Of a stretch of DNA of 64,000 nt, positions 10,545 to 21,745 are shown in pieces (within the stretch, counting starts at the first letter, position 1; each line of letters starts with the position of its first letter). Origin of the DNA: Eledone cirrhosa. Taxonomy: Eukaryota. The notes under the pieces were generated by a model. The model made no database searches. It was not told the DNA's origin and saw nothing but the letters and a program-made list of their open reading frames with translations. The translations under genes were made by a program, and so were the position numbers. Where the stretch lies: NCBI GenBank assembly GCA_964016885.1, contig OZ024743.1:158162001-158226000 (forward strand), in the 5' to 3' direction.

Positions 10545-12426
10545 AAAAAAGACCGAACTATTCCTCCCAAGAACTCCGAGGATAAATCTCAAGGATCACA
10601 AAAACAATTTTCGCACTGAACTACCTGTTAGATTAATCGCCCCCTCTAAATCTGATCTGGGGGTTGTTAGTAAAGCCATCTTGGATAGAATTATCCCACA
10701 GGTTCGTTCTAATTGCTCTTCTTTGAACCTAAATTTATGGTTTGGTACTTCTGAAGTGATTGGCTGGTTCAACAAATTGGATAATAAAAACAAACTAAAA
10801 TTTATTCAATTTGATATTGCCAGCTACTATTCCTCCATTTCGCCTTCACTTCTCAATAATGCTCTATCTTTCGCACTTAAATATTCTGACATCACCACAG
10901 ATGAACTTCACATCATCCTCACCGCACGTAAAACCATCCTAGAGTTCAACAACAAATATTGGACCAGAGCCGATACCTCTAACAACTTCGACATCACAAT
11001 GGGAGCATCCGATTCATCCCAATTGACTGATTTAATTGGTATCTTTATTTTGAACTCTTTGAGTCGGAAAATTCCTCAACTTCGCGGTGGAATTTATCGT
11101 GACGATGGACTCTTTACTATCTTAAATTGCAATATAGTTAACCTTAATATTATTAACAACAATATACGTAATCTCTTTAACCAACATAACCTAAAAATTG
11201 AATTTGATAACAGTATCAAACTAGCTAATTTCTTGGATGTATCTCTTAATCTTGACACTGGCCTATATTACCCTTACCATAAAAACAATGAGAACCTAAA
11301 TTATGTTAACTTTAAATCTAACCATCCTACTAATATCAAGAATGCTATAGTTAGTAATATTGGAAAAAGAATATCTAACCTATCCTCTAATAAAAACATC
11401 TTTGATGCTAACGCCAATTACTATAATAACGCACTTTCTAAAGCCGGCTATCCTGATAAAATCAAATATAGTAAAGAAACAAATTCTAGAAGAACTTACA
11501 GTAGAATAATTCATCATGATCATTCCAATAACTTTAATAAAAGACCTAGATACAAAAACATAATCTGGTATAATGCTCCTTTCTCCATCTCTATTAATAA
11601 CAATATTCCTAAATTATTCTTTAGTGCCTTAAATAAATGCTTCCCTCCCTCACATATCTATAGTAAAATATTTAACAAACACACCATAAAATTTTCTTAT
11701 TCTACATCCTCCAATATTTCCAACATTATCTCTAAACACAACAATAAAATACTAAATACTAAATCTCTTCCTTCCAACACTGAATTTCATAATAATAGTA
11801 ATAGTACTCCCGACGTCATTGTAAACCCTAGGCTAATTTCTGCAAACCCAAATACAAAGTCAAACACAACTTCGCTAAATGTTCATAATCCAACTCTAAA
11901 TCAAGAAACTATTATTCCTATCGCAAACAACTTCTCCAATCCAATTCCTTCTATAGATAACACTAGGTCACTCATTAATAATCTCTCTAATTGCAATTGC
12001 AATTGCCCTATTAAAAATAAATGTCCTCTCAACAACCATTGTCTTGATAAAAACTTAATTTATGAATGTAAAGTTATAACTAACACCAATTCCTTCACCT
12101 ATTTTGGCTCCACTTCCACCTCTTTTAAAGCTCGTCTCTATAATCATCATTCATCTTTTAAATACAAACTTAAAAGAACCAACACGGCTCTCTCAGAACT
12201 CATATGGTCCTTGAAAGACAAAAACATTAAATATACCATCTTTTGGAAGAAGGTTTCTTCTGCGTCTTCATACTTGAACAGCTCTCTATCTAAAATCTGC
12301 AATCTATGCCTAAATGAAAAATTTACCATTATCTCTAATCTAGATTCTATAATAAATAGACGAACTGATTTGTTTTCTATCTGCTTGCATAAATTCCATA
12401 AAACATTTCACAAAGTATACAGCTAA
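10510..12426 (+). CDS. Penelope-like reverse transcriptase + GIY-YIG endonuclease
   Basis: Motifs LKDHK, FDIASYYSSI, MGASDS, YRDDGL, FLDV, CNC..CPL..HC, LIYECK..TYFGST..FKARLYNH, CNLCLNEK and CLH. Confidence 0.93.
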   Translation: MTPLIMSKLGIEKKTELFLPRTPRINLKDHKNNFRTELPVRLIAPSKSDLGVVSKAILDRIIPQVRSNCSSLNLNLWFGTSEVIGWFNKLDNKNKLKFIQFDIASYYSSISPSLLNNALSFALKYSDITTDELHIILTARKTILEFNNKYWTRADTSNNFDITMGASDSSQLTDLIGIFILNSLSRKIPQLRGGIYRDDGLFTILNCNIVNLNIINNNIRNLFNQHNLKIEFDNSIKLANFLDVSLNLDTGLYYPYHKNNENLNYVNFKSNHPTNIKNAIVSNIGKRISNLSSNKNIFDANANYYNNALSKAGYPDKIKYSKETNSRRTYSRIIHHDHSNNFNKRPRYKNIIWYNAPFSISINNNIPKLFFSALNKCFPPSHIYSKIFNKHTIKFSYSTSSNISNIISKHNNKILNTKSLPSNTEFHNNSNSTPDVIVNPRLISANPNTKSNTTSLNVHNPTLNQETIIPIANNFSNPIPSIDNTRSLINNLSNCNCNCPIKNKCPLNNHCLDKNLIYECKVITNTNSFTYFGSTSTSFKARLYNHHSSFKYKLKRTNTALSELIWSLKDKNIKYTIFWKKVSSASSYLNSSLSKICNLCLNEKFTIISNLDSIINRRTDLFSICLHKFHKTFHKVYS

Positions 12427-12593
12427 TATTCAATTCTTTATCAATTTAGAATCTTTTTCTCAAAGGCACATATACATACACCTCTTTTAAAATATACCCA
12501 TCTTCCTACCTTATTTCAAAGGGTATTATACACTCTATAATACTTGTTTACTCATTACCCTTACTCTATTTTCACCTTGTAAAATCCTTCGTA

Positions 12594-12940
12594 ACATATA
12601 CATTTGTTTTGACGCCAGATTATTCATCCTTAATTCATTATTTTTTTCTCCCTATCATCTAACTCATTCTCAATACATATTAACTCTTTCTTCGCACATA
12701 TTATCAATTCCTTCAATATACAAACCTTAACTTCACATTATTTTTCTCAAATCCTTCAATACACAAACCTTAATTTTTTTTCTCTTCGTTAATTTTCAAA
12801 TTTCTATAATACTTGTAAACATACACACTTTTTTTTGACGTTAGAATATTCATCCGCAATTCATTATTTTATTCTCTCTATCATCAAACTCATTATTCTA
12901 AATACATATTAACTCCCTCTCCTTCGTCGCACATATTTTT
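12594..12940 (+). repeat. Degenerate duplication of about 115 bp in the Penelope 3' UTR
   Basis: aacata.aca..tt.tttgacg..aga.tattcatcc..aattcattatttt...aatacatattaactc..ttcg.cacatatt at about 12594-12701 and about 12818-12937. Confidence 0.7.
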
Positions 12941-13271
12941 CCCTTCGTTAATTTTCAAATTCTTTTAATTTATACATTATCTTCCAACGGTTTTCAACCT
13001 CTCTATGTAAAACAATATATCTTTCTCAGTTATAAAAACTATCTCTCTCTCTCTATCACCCATCTCTCCTCCTATCTCATCCTTCCTCATTATATTCCTC
13101 CCTCTCATCTCACCTTCACTCTCATCTCCTCCTCTTTTTTTCATCCTCCCCCCCCCCTCTAAATAAAATATTTTTCCCAATATCACACATCAATCTAAAA
13201 CTACTTCTCATATGTTGATTTAAAACTGCACTATCCACAAGTGTTTTTTAGCCTTCATATCATGTCCTCCT

Positions 13272-13340
13272 GTTTTATCTGATCAAAACACAAATATTAT
13301 TGCATGATGATGTTTGTTTTTGAAATGCGCATAATAAAAT
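13272..13340 (+). ncRNA. Family A hammerhead in the 3' pLTR with a core mutation (CTGATCA), probably inactive
   Basis: Same fold as 9755-9824 but G8>C at 13284. Confidence 0.75.
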
Positions 13341-13384
13341 ACATGGAACTCCTTTAACCATCTTTTGATCTTATATTATATATG

Positions 13385-13415
<31 letters not shown>

Positions 13416-13686
13416 TTATATATGTGTATATGTGTTTACATATATATATATATGTATGTGTATATGTGTTTACATATATATATATATGTATGTAAATATA
13501 TGTGTTGTGATTGTCTGGGCAAATACAGTATCTTTAATTTTATGTATCCTTGTATACATATGTTTTATTTATTATTTTTTTAATTTATTATTTTTTATTT
13601 TCTATTTTACCTTTATTTTTATCACATATATATATATATATGATTGTATTCAGCAACCGAAACAAATATGAAGTACACCAAATCCA

Positions 13687-13720
13687 ATGCTCCTATGGGC
13701 AGCCCTGGTTCTTCTTATTT
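13687..13720 (+). CDS. Candidate signal-peptide exon (MLLWAALVLLI) of an unidentified gene
   Basis: ATG, 11 mostly hydrophobic codons, then a phase-1 donor T|GTGAGT. No downstream exon was identified. Confidence 0.3.
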
Positions 13721-13983
13721 GTGAGTGTAAACTCGGCCAGATTAGATATATGTATATATATATAAGTATGTATGTATGTATACGTACATACATATATGTA
13801 TACAGACGTACAGTAGTATGTATATATATACATACATGCACACATATATATATATATGCACGTATCGGTTTACCGAACATTTATTATAATGCTCGGTTTG
13901 TTTGTAAACAAACAAACAGCCCGAATTACGCCGTACAGTGTTTAGGCAACCACGTCACCTTTTTGTTCAGCACTGCCACAGGA

Positions 13984-14026
13984 ACGATGTACTAGTTTCA
14001 AGCTTATTAGCTATCGTCAGCATCGT
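13984..14026 (-). ncRNA. Minimal type I hammerhead ribozyme (family C)
   Basis: Minus strand: ACGATG-CTGACGA-t AGCT aata AGCT t-GAAA-CTAG-TA-CATCGT. Confidence 0.85.
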
Positions 14027-14179
14027 ATACCTTCCTGCCAGATGATTGAACGTCTGAAAGTATATACTTTCCTTATGCATATTAACGTCTGAGCAGCCTA
14101 ATTTGCATATCGAGTGAGTTTAGTCAGTCGGGCGCCCGAAAACGATAAATGTATATACATGTATGCATGCGTGTGTATA

Positions 14180-14438
14180 TGCGCAGGGACATAGAAATAA
14201 TGGGGCTGGATACCCAATCGCATGGTTAAACCACTGGGAGTGAAGGAGCCCTAGCATTTGTCAGGGCATTCTTCTAGGAGAAGGCAACCCGAGGAAACTG
14301 GGATAACTCCGACATAAAACCTGCGGCTCAGTAGTTACCGATGATGTTGATCTTTTCTTCTTTTCGGGTTATAGCTACTGTCGCTCAGAGAGTGGGATTG
14401 GCTCAGTGCACAGTCTTTCCTCACTTAAGAAAAAATCT
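14180..14438 (+). mobile_element. RTE-type 5' UTR fragment
   Basis: ccactgggagtgaagga..ttct..aggagaaggcaac is shared with about 42135-42190, upstream of an APE-coding LINE. Confidence 0.55.
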
Positions 14439-14526
14439 ATACACACAGGCATTGCATGATAGAATTAATTGATAATTATTAATAATGTTATATCGTGAAA
14501 TGGCCATATTCGATAATGAGGGGGCA

Positions 14527-14574
<48 letters not shown>

Positions 14575-14578
<4 letters not shown>

Positions 14579-14922
14579 ATATATGTGTATATGAGTGTGT
14601 ATATGTGGCTGATGTGCTTATATATCTATGTAAGAGTGTATATGGATGTATGTATAGATGCACGCATGCAAGTTTATGTGTGTGTGCATGTATGTATATT
14701 TAAGAGTGTGTGTAGATGTATATATATATATTTTTTCCATTATAAGATATTATTTTAGCTCAGCCTCATTTTCATTTTTAATAGATATTAATTTCAAAAC
14801 TTATATCCAAAACATAATTATTTCATCTGATGAACAACCTGGACGTTTCTGTAAGGATCGTCTAGTTTCCCGAAACCTTTGATAATGGAATAACTATATT
14901 GTGTTGTTCTTTGTGTAATTAA
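14575..14922 (+). mobile_element. Family B ribozyme-bearing repeat (copy 2)
   Basis: Reverse complement of 1288-1640. Confidence 0.75.
14819..14892 (+). ncRNA. Type I hammerhead (family B copy 2; stem III weakened)
   Basis: TATTTCAT-CTGATGA...GAAA-CCTTTGA-TA-ATGGAATA. Confidence 0.75.
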
Positions 14923-14989
14923 ATAGCTCTGTACAATATATAGAGCATTCTTCTTTCCTTTACCTTTTCTACGTAAATACTTAACACAT

Positions 14990-15025
<36 letters not shown>

Positions 15026-15117
15026 GTGTGTGTAAAAGGTAAACAGAAATAACAACACAATCAGTACAGTATATGGAAGGAATATATATATATATATATG
15101 AATTAGCGTTAAGACAC

Positions 15118-15384
15118 ATGTTATCATTACATAATCATATTTATTGCATAATACATATTTCAGTGACACCATCAGCCCTATGTAATCATTTCAACAGCAC
15201 CGGCACTGGTGTGACATCATAAGATGTCAACACATTTATGTGAAGAAGTTGATATGCTACAGGCAAATGCTTCCGTGTTTGCAAAAGTCCATCAAACATA
15301 CGTTGTAATGATGGTATAACTGCTGTACACTGGTGTCACTGCAATAAGTATTATGCAATAAATATCCTTATGTAACCATAACAT
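15118..15384. mobile_element. MITE-like element with terminal inverted repeats of about 54 bp
   Basis: atgttatcattacataatcatatttattgcataatacatatttcagtgacacca pairs with tggtgtcactgcaataagtattatgcaataaatatccttatgtaaccataacat. No clear TSD. Confidence 0.75.
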
Positions 15385-16193
15385 AACTGTCTTAGCTTTA
15401 ATTCATACATAGAAACTCTGTCGTGGTTGAATGCTAGATATATATGACTAATACAGAGTGCTTTTACCTGATTACACCTGTTTATCAACAAGACATCACA
15501 ACACAGCCCTCACAGCAAGCAACTTAGTAGTTGCTATATATATATATTATTCATTACATGTAAACCAGATGATCAACCTTAAACCACTGATGGTGTGAAT
15601 GAGAATTAAATTTAGCAAGCTGCAATTAATATGTCCTCTTAGGGGACTGTTATGTATGTGGAACTATAAATGAATAGACAGGCAAAGAATATATTGAAAA
15701 CATATAAAAATAAAATAAAATAAAAAGGGGGTGAATTTGGGTAAGTAGGGGAACAAAGAGACAAAGAAAGTTAAATGTGAGGATGGCAGGGCAGGGTAAT
15801 TTTTGGTTAGTCTAGAAATCTGTCGGGTATTTTTTATAAGTTATAGTTAAAGTTTGTGTGTGTGTGGTGGTGATAGTGGAGTGAAGGTGATAGTGATGGT
15901 GGTGGTTGTGGTGGTGGTGGTGGTTGTGGTGGTGGTGGTGGTAGTGGTGATGATGGTGGTGGTGGTGGCGGTGGTGGTTTGGAGATGGGTGGATGGTGAA
16001 AGTAAGGGTATCCAACTTAAAAAAAAAGAAATGCTCTACAACAAATTTCACAATTTCCTCTGTTGCTGTGTGTGTCAGATGATTAAATATCAAATGTGAG
16101 ATGATGTGACATCCATCTAACGCCAGCTTGAGAAAATAGACATAAAATAATGAGAATGACATACCCTACTGAGTCAAGAGAAAATAACCTACG

Positions 16194-16226
<33 letters not shown>

Positions 16227-17559
16227 TGATCAATATGTATTTTTTAATTGGCTAAACTGGTCCCTTGGTTAAACTATTGGACTGCTGACTCATGAGCGTG
16301 ACTTCAAATTCATTGGAGTTAGACAGAACATTTAAATCTATTTTGCTTGGATGTGAGAAATGTATATTAAGCTTTTTCTGAGAGAGTTACTTGTGAAAGT
16401 CAAATGCTCTGTCCTTGGGACATCAGGTTGCAAAGTAGATGACATTCATTACATTTCTAGTAACGATTTATAACAAATATATGAACTTGCTTAAAGATAC
16501 AAGATAATGAATTAGTAGAATCATTAGAGCCTAGGCCCAAATTCATTGCAGTGTTTGTTCTGGCTCTCTGTTCTTTAAGTAGTTCAAATTCCATCAAAAT
16601 CAACTTTGCCTTTCATCTTTTCAAGATTGATAAAAGAATGTACCTGGCCAGTGTGGTGAATTAGTAGAATTCTTAGAGCATTAGTTGGGATGCCTTATGG
16701 TATTTGTTCTGACTCTATACTTTCTGAATTAGTGAGTTAAACCATTGACCAGCTTAGCATTACCACCAAACTCTTGGGTTCCTTTAGTAGAATTTAATCT
16801 GTTGCAAGCATTCAGACCATGTCTCCAATTTGAGGATAGCATCCAAACTTTCTTCCGCTAATTTTAGAAGCCCTAAAAAAATAGTGGTTCTTCCCTCTCT
16901 GACAAAGAAAAAAAAACAAAAATAAACAGGATCATTAGATCTGTGGATCACACCTTGTGATTTGTTGAACTACCTACATCGGATAGATCTGCTTAATCAG
17001 AGTTGATCAGGAGCTACAGAACAATATCATTAACAACATCAACAACCAATTGGTAATTTTGTCACTATATCATTAAGGTTTCTTTATCTTTCCTTCGATT
17101 TTGTATCTTTTTGTAAATTTAAAATTAAATCAGTGACCACAGGAAGTGAAGATAATTATTTGTTTTTCCTAAGTACATTAGAAAAAAGGATGTGAAGCAG
17201 AGGAATACATTAAGTGAAAAATTAATATCTCGCACCAGTGCTCCATGTTAATGTAATGAGAATGATATTAGAAATAAAAACATTAATTTCGATCCACCAC
17301 TACTACCACCCCCATATGATATAACCATTTAAAAGAGGTTTTCTTGCTCTGCTGGTCTGCATGTAGTCTACCTAAATATCATTGTTCTCGTATTCCTGTT
17401 CTTAACACAATACAATAAATTGATTTTAAATTAAGGTTATTTTTATCAAGTTAGTAGTAGCCATAAAGAACCAGATGAAATGACTTCAACAGTATTTGTG
17501 TGTGGCAAGTTTGTTCCTTTTGAGTTACAGGTATAATGAGAATGTTGTATTAGAATCAT

Positions 17560-18020
17560 CACCATAATCCCCTCCGTTTTTCTATGCTTGCATGGGTTGG
17601 ACAGGTCCTTCTAAGCACAGCATCTCTCTACTTGCTGCTTTGTTTATCATCTCCTCTGTGAGTCTCAACAATTTGAGGTCGGCTCTCACAACCTCTGCCC
17701 AGATCTTCCTCAGTCTACCTTTACTGCAGCTCTCTTCCAATGGCATTTTCTGGCACTTCTTCACCCATTGCTCATCATCCATTGGCATCACATGTCTGTA
17801 CAACTGCAGTCTTCTCTCCTGCCTACCACCTCAGATTCCTCTTAAACCCACCTTCTTCCTCAGTTCATCCAAGCTCAGTCTATCTCTCACATTTACATTG
17901 CTCATCCAACGAAGCATGGCTGCTTCATTTCTCTCCAGTGTACACATGTCCTCTGTAGTTACTACCCATGTTTCACTATCATGCAATATCGCACTTCACA
18001 CACAGGCATCATACAGTTGT
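17560..18020 (-). mobile_element. RTE-type LINE 3' fragment (diverged subfamily)
   Basis: Contains LHDSETWV and QLYRHVMPM..WVKKC..GRLRKIW. Confidence 0.8.
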
Positions 18021-18320
18021 CAGTATCACACTAAAATGCAGCCAGTACACTCTGTAAAGTGGTAGTACTGGTGTCATGATAAAATACAACCAGTAAACTC
18101 TGTAGTACCAGATTAAATACCTTACACAGTATTTGTGTATGGCAAGGTTGTTCCTTTTGAATTCCAGGTAAATGAGGATGGTGCATAGACAGGATCATTA
18201 GAATGTCTGACAAAATGCCTTGCAATATTTGTTCTGGCTCTTTCTATTCTAAGTTCAAATCTTACTGAGATAAATTTTGCTTTTCATCTTTCTGGGAGGG
18301 TCAATAAAATAAAGTTTCAG

Positions 18321-18431
18321 TCTTCTTCTTCTTCTTCTTCTTCTTCTTCTTCTTCTTCTTCTTCTTCTTCTTCTTCTTCTTCTTCTTCTTCTTCTTCTTC
18401 TTCTTCTTCTTCTTCTTCTTCTTCTTCTTCC
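18321..18431. repeat. (CTT)n microsatellite
   Basis: Perfect trinucleotide run following a decayed SINE. Confidence 0.95.
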
Positions 18432-19121
18432 TAATAGACTCAATCCTCCTCCACAATTTTTTTAATCACATGCACTTGCACATTCACCCCTTGAGTTTCC
18501 TATGGGTCTCTTATGTTCAGAAATACAAACTCTCACAGCTTTGTACAGACCAATGGCAAACATATACACATCTCTACACTTACATTCGCAGCTCTGTATG
18601 GACCAACAACAAACACGCACACACCCACATTCTCTCTCTCTCTCTCTTTCTCTTAAGCTTATACTCACAGATATCCTCACAGCTTTATACAGACAAACAA
18701 CACAAACACACACACATGCATGTACACACACATACATATCCACTCTAAATACAAAAGGATTTTTTTCTTTTCAGCACGATATAGATGCCTTTGATCACAG
18801 CCTATCAAAAGATGGTCAACTGAACTTCCTGCTCCATAAATGCTCCTATCAAAAGTTTTCCAAGAGATGGTGAATATATATATATATATATCTAGGGAGT
18901 GTAGCTTGAAGTTACTGTAGGTTCACCCGGGTGAGCACTTGATGTTTAGGTTCACTTCTGTGTCGAGGTGTAGAGTGTATTATATATATATATATATATA
19001 AGTATGCACATGTACACACACACACATATATATATATATATACACAATATATATATATATATATATGCATACACACACATATATACATATACATATGTAC
19101 GTATGGGTTATATCGAACATT

Positions 19122-19268
19122 AATAATTGTTTCTACGTTAGGCACAAGGCCAGCAAATTACCCAGTGCATTACTATTACTGGTACTTTATTTTATCGACC
19201 CCGTAAGGATGAAAGGCAAAGTTAACCTCGGCGGGATTTGAACTCAGACTGTAAAGGGACGTAACTAT
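19122..19268 (-). mobile_element. SINE family 1
   Basis: Reverse complement of the 6085-6281 core and tail. Confidence 0.85.
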
Positions 19269-19602
19269 GCTAATGTTCAATTCATTTGTAAACAAACCGC
19301 CCGATTTTTTTGTACCAACTAAGTAAAATAAGCTTTGTCGAGGAGGTCTAATAAGACTGAAACATGCCTATTGATTTCAACGGTTGGTTTTCCATATTTT
19401 CAAAAAAATTTAGTTAAAGTTAACTCCTGTTCTTGTGGTCTATATGTTTCAAACACCCCCTATAGGAAATTGTCTATTAATTGGTTGGGCCATCTCAATT
19501 GATCAAAGATTTTCAACTCATTAAATTGCTTGTGTAATTAGTATGAAAACAGCTCCACTGAGGCGTTTTTCTTCATCTGCCTTGTTGATATTATTATGTC
19601 TT

Positions 19603-19730
19603 TACGTTCTCAGTTCAAATCCCGCCAAGGTTAATTTTGCCTTTCATCCTTACGGGGTCGATAAAATAAAGTACCAGTAATACACTGGGATAATTGCTGG
19701 CCTTGTGCCAAAAGTAGAAACAATTATTAT
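19603..19730 (+). mobile_element. SINE family 1 (5'-truncated) with TSD
   Basis: Core and tail present. attattatgtcttt is duplicated on both sides. Confidence 0.85.
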
Positions 19731-20535
19731 GTCTTTGTTCTCAATCACTGGTTTAGAAAAAGTAATTAAGAGTTTTGGTTACAAAGTCAACCAGAAGTCA
19801 CAAACACCTCCATCACCATTGCCAACATCCCTTGCTTCCCTATTTAGGGCTCTTCTTTCTGTTAATGTCACCCACCACCACACCCCACACACAAAACATA
19901 TATACTCACTAAACACTCCATTTGTTGCTATGGACTTTCAACTTGTCCAGGCTTCATCATTCATACACCCCCAATCTTGTCAAATTAAATTGATTTTCAA
20001 TAATCAAAGACTCTCCCACTCTCTCAGCTAACATCATCATCATGGCATCCTTACCACTTTCACCTTCCCCATTACCACTCACTACACCATCAATAGCACC
20101 ACTCTCATCACCCTGCCACCATAATTACCTGCCAACAACTCCACACTACTATCAGCATCATTCGCCAACACCACCTCATATCATCACCATAAAACTACTA
20201 TTAATACCACATCCATCAAATACAATTCTTGTCACACCTGCACTCCTGGTCAGTATAGGTGAGCAGAGAGGGTGGTGGTGGACGTGGTAATGGCAAGAGT
20301 AAATATATGAGCTAACACATATGTACACACATACATACTAACACACACACACAGAGTCATGTACATACACTCACACATACACTCACACACATGAACATAT
20401 TCTCAAAGGCAGATATATATACACAAACAAGTGCATATTCTCATATGCAAACAAACATATGCATGCAGACACATGTATACATGTATGGATGTATATATAT
20501 ATACACACAAATATATGTATATATATATATATATA

Positions 20536-20886
20536 TCATCATCATCATCATCATCATCATCATTTTACGTCCACTTTTCCCTGCTTGCAAGGGTGGGACG
20601 GGAACTGATTCTGGCTTGATTTCTACAGCTGGATGCCCTTCCTAACACCAACCTCATTTACAGTGTGTGATGGGTGCTTTTTTGCCGTGGCACCTCCACG
20701 ACCACTTTGCAGTGGAATGATATGGACCCCAGTCCCTATCATCTCATTTCTACAGCTGAGTAAACTGGAGCAATGTGAAATAAAGTGTCTTGCTCAAGGA
20801 AACAACACATCACCTGGTCTGAGAATTGAACTCACAACCTTTCGATTGCAAGGCCAATGCTCTAACCACTAAGCCATGTGCCTCCA
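20536..20886 (-). mobile_element. tRNA-derived SINE family 2 with an RTE-derived tail
   Basis: Reverse complement of 39566-39905. Confidence 0.85.
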
Positions 20887-21097
20887 TATATATATATACA
20901 TACACACACACTAACAGAGTAGCCTGTCGTTGCCAGGCAATTTTCCCCATAGAATGCCTTTTTTCCAATTTATTTTATTCCATGTCTTCCCCGAGCCTCA
21001 TCTTCCCTTACTTATTGGAGTAGAGATTTCATCCAACTGACTTTATTTTGTTTATCTGATGGGTTGGGTAAGAAGAACATAGCAAAAATAAAGCTAA

Positions 21098-21313
21098 TTA
21101 ACCCTTTAGCATTTAAACTGGCTGTATCTGGCCACAATTATTTCCCCTTTTTGAAACCAGCTGTAACCAGTAGCCCACACTAACATTAAGATAGCATTCT
21201 TAAAATAAACAATAACATCATCAAAATCTCGTAGACTCGATACTATGTGAGATAAAGCCTTACCATAAAAATACAATAGTAAATATCAAGCAATGTAAAT
21301 GCTAAAAGGTTAA
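21098..21313. mobile_element. piggyBac-type MITE
   Basis: TTAA-CCCTTTAGCATTTA...TAAATGCTAAAAGG-TTAA. A related copy lies at about 61380-61600. Confidence 0.7.
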
Positions 21314-21745
21314 GAGAAAACAAATAGTAAGTTAAAGCTGATTTATTAGGAGTGCAAGTAACCAGATTTATACATGAAAGGAATTCTTTTCCTCCTTTCT
21401 TCAGTAAGGTCTTCTCCGATGGATAGGTCTCTTGATCAAGACAGATTTCTGCATTATTTAGGGCAATTTATCACTTCTCGATAAACAATGTTTCTTTTGT
21501 CTTTTCCATTTGGTACATCATCATCATCATTGTCATCATCATCATCATCATCATTGTTTAACGTCCATTTTCCACACTAGCATGGGTTAGATGGGTCATC
21601 CCATTTGAAGTAAGTTGGGTCAAGTGACCGTGCCTTACTCATATAGGACTGGATGCCCTTCCTAATGTTAGCCACATTTACAGTGTGTGCTGGGTGCTTA
21701 TTGCTGTGGCTCCTACACAACCACTTTACAGCTTGGGCTGGATAT

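Noticed and set aside
14095-14140. Octamer ATTTGCAT suggesting an snRNA promoter
   Set aside because: It is a single short motif with no recognisable snRNA nearby.
15262-15375. Cys-rich frame KCFRVCKSPSNIRCNDGITAVHWCHCNK, peptide/toxin-like
   Set aside because: It lies inside a MITE, runs into its TIR and has a weak acceptor.
18255-18443. Poly-Arg ORF
   Set aside because: It is a (CTT)n microsatellite.
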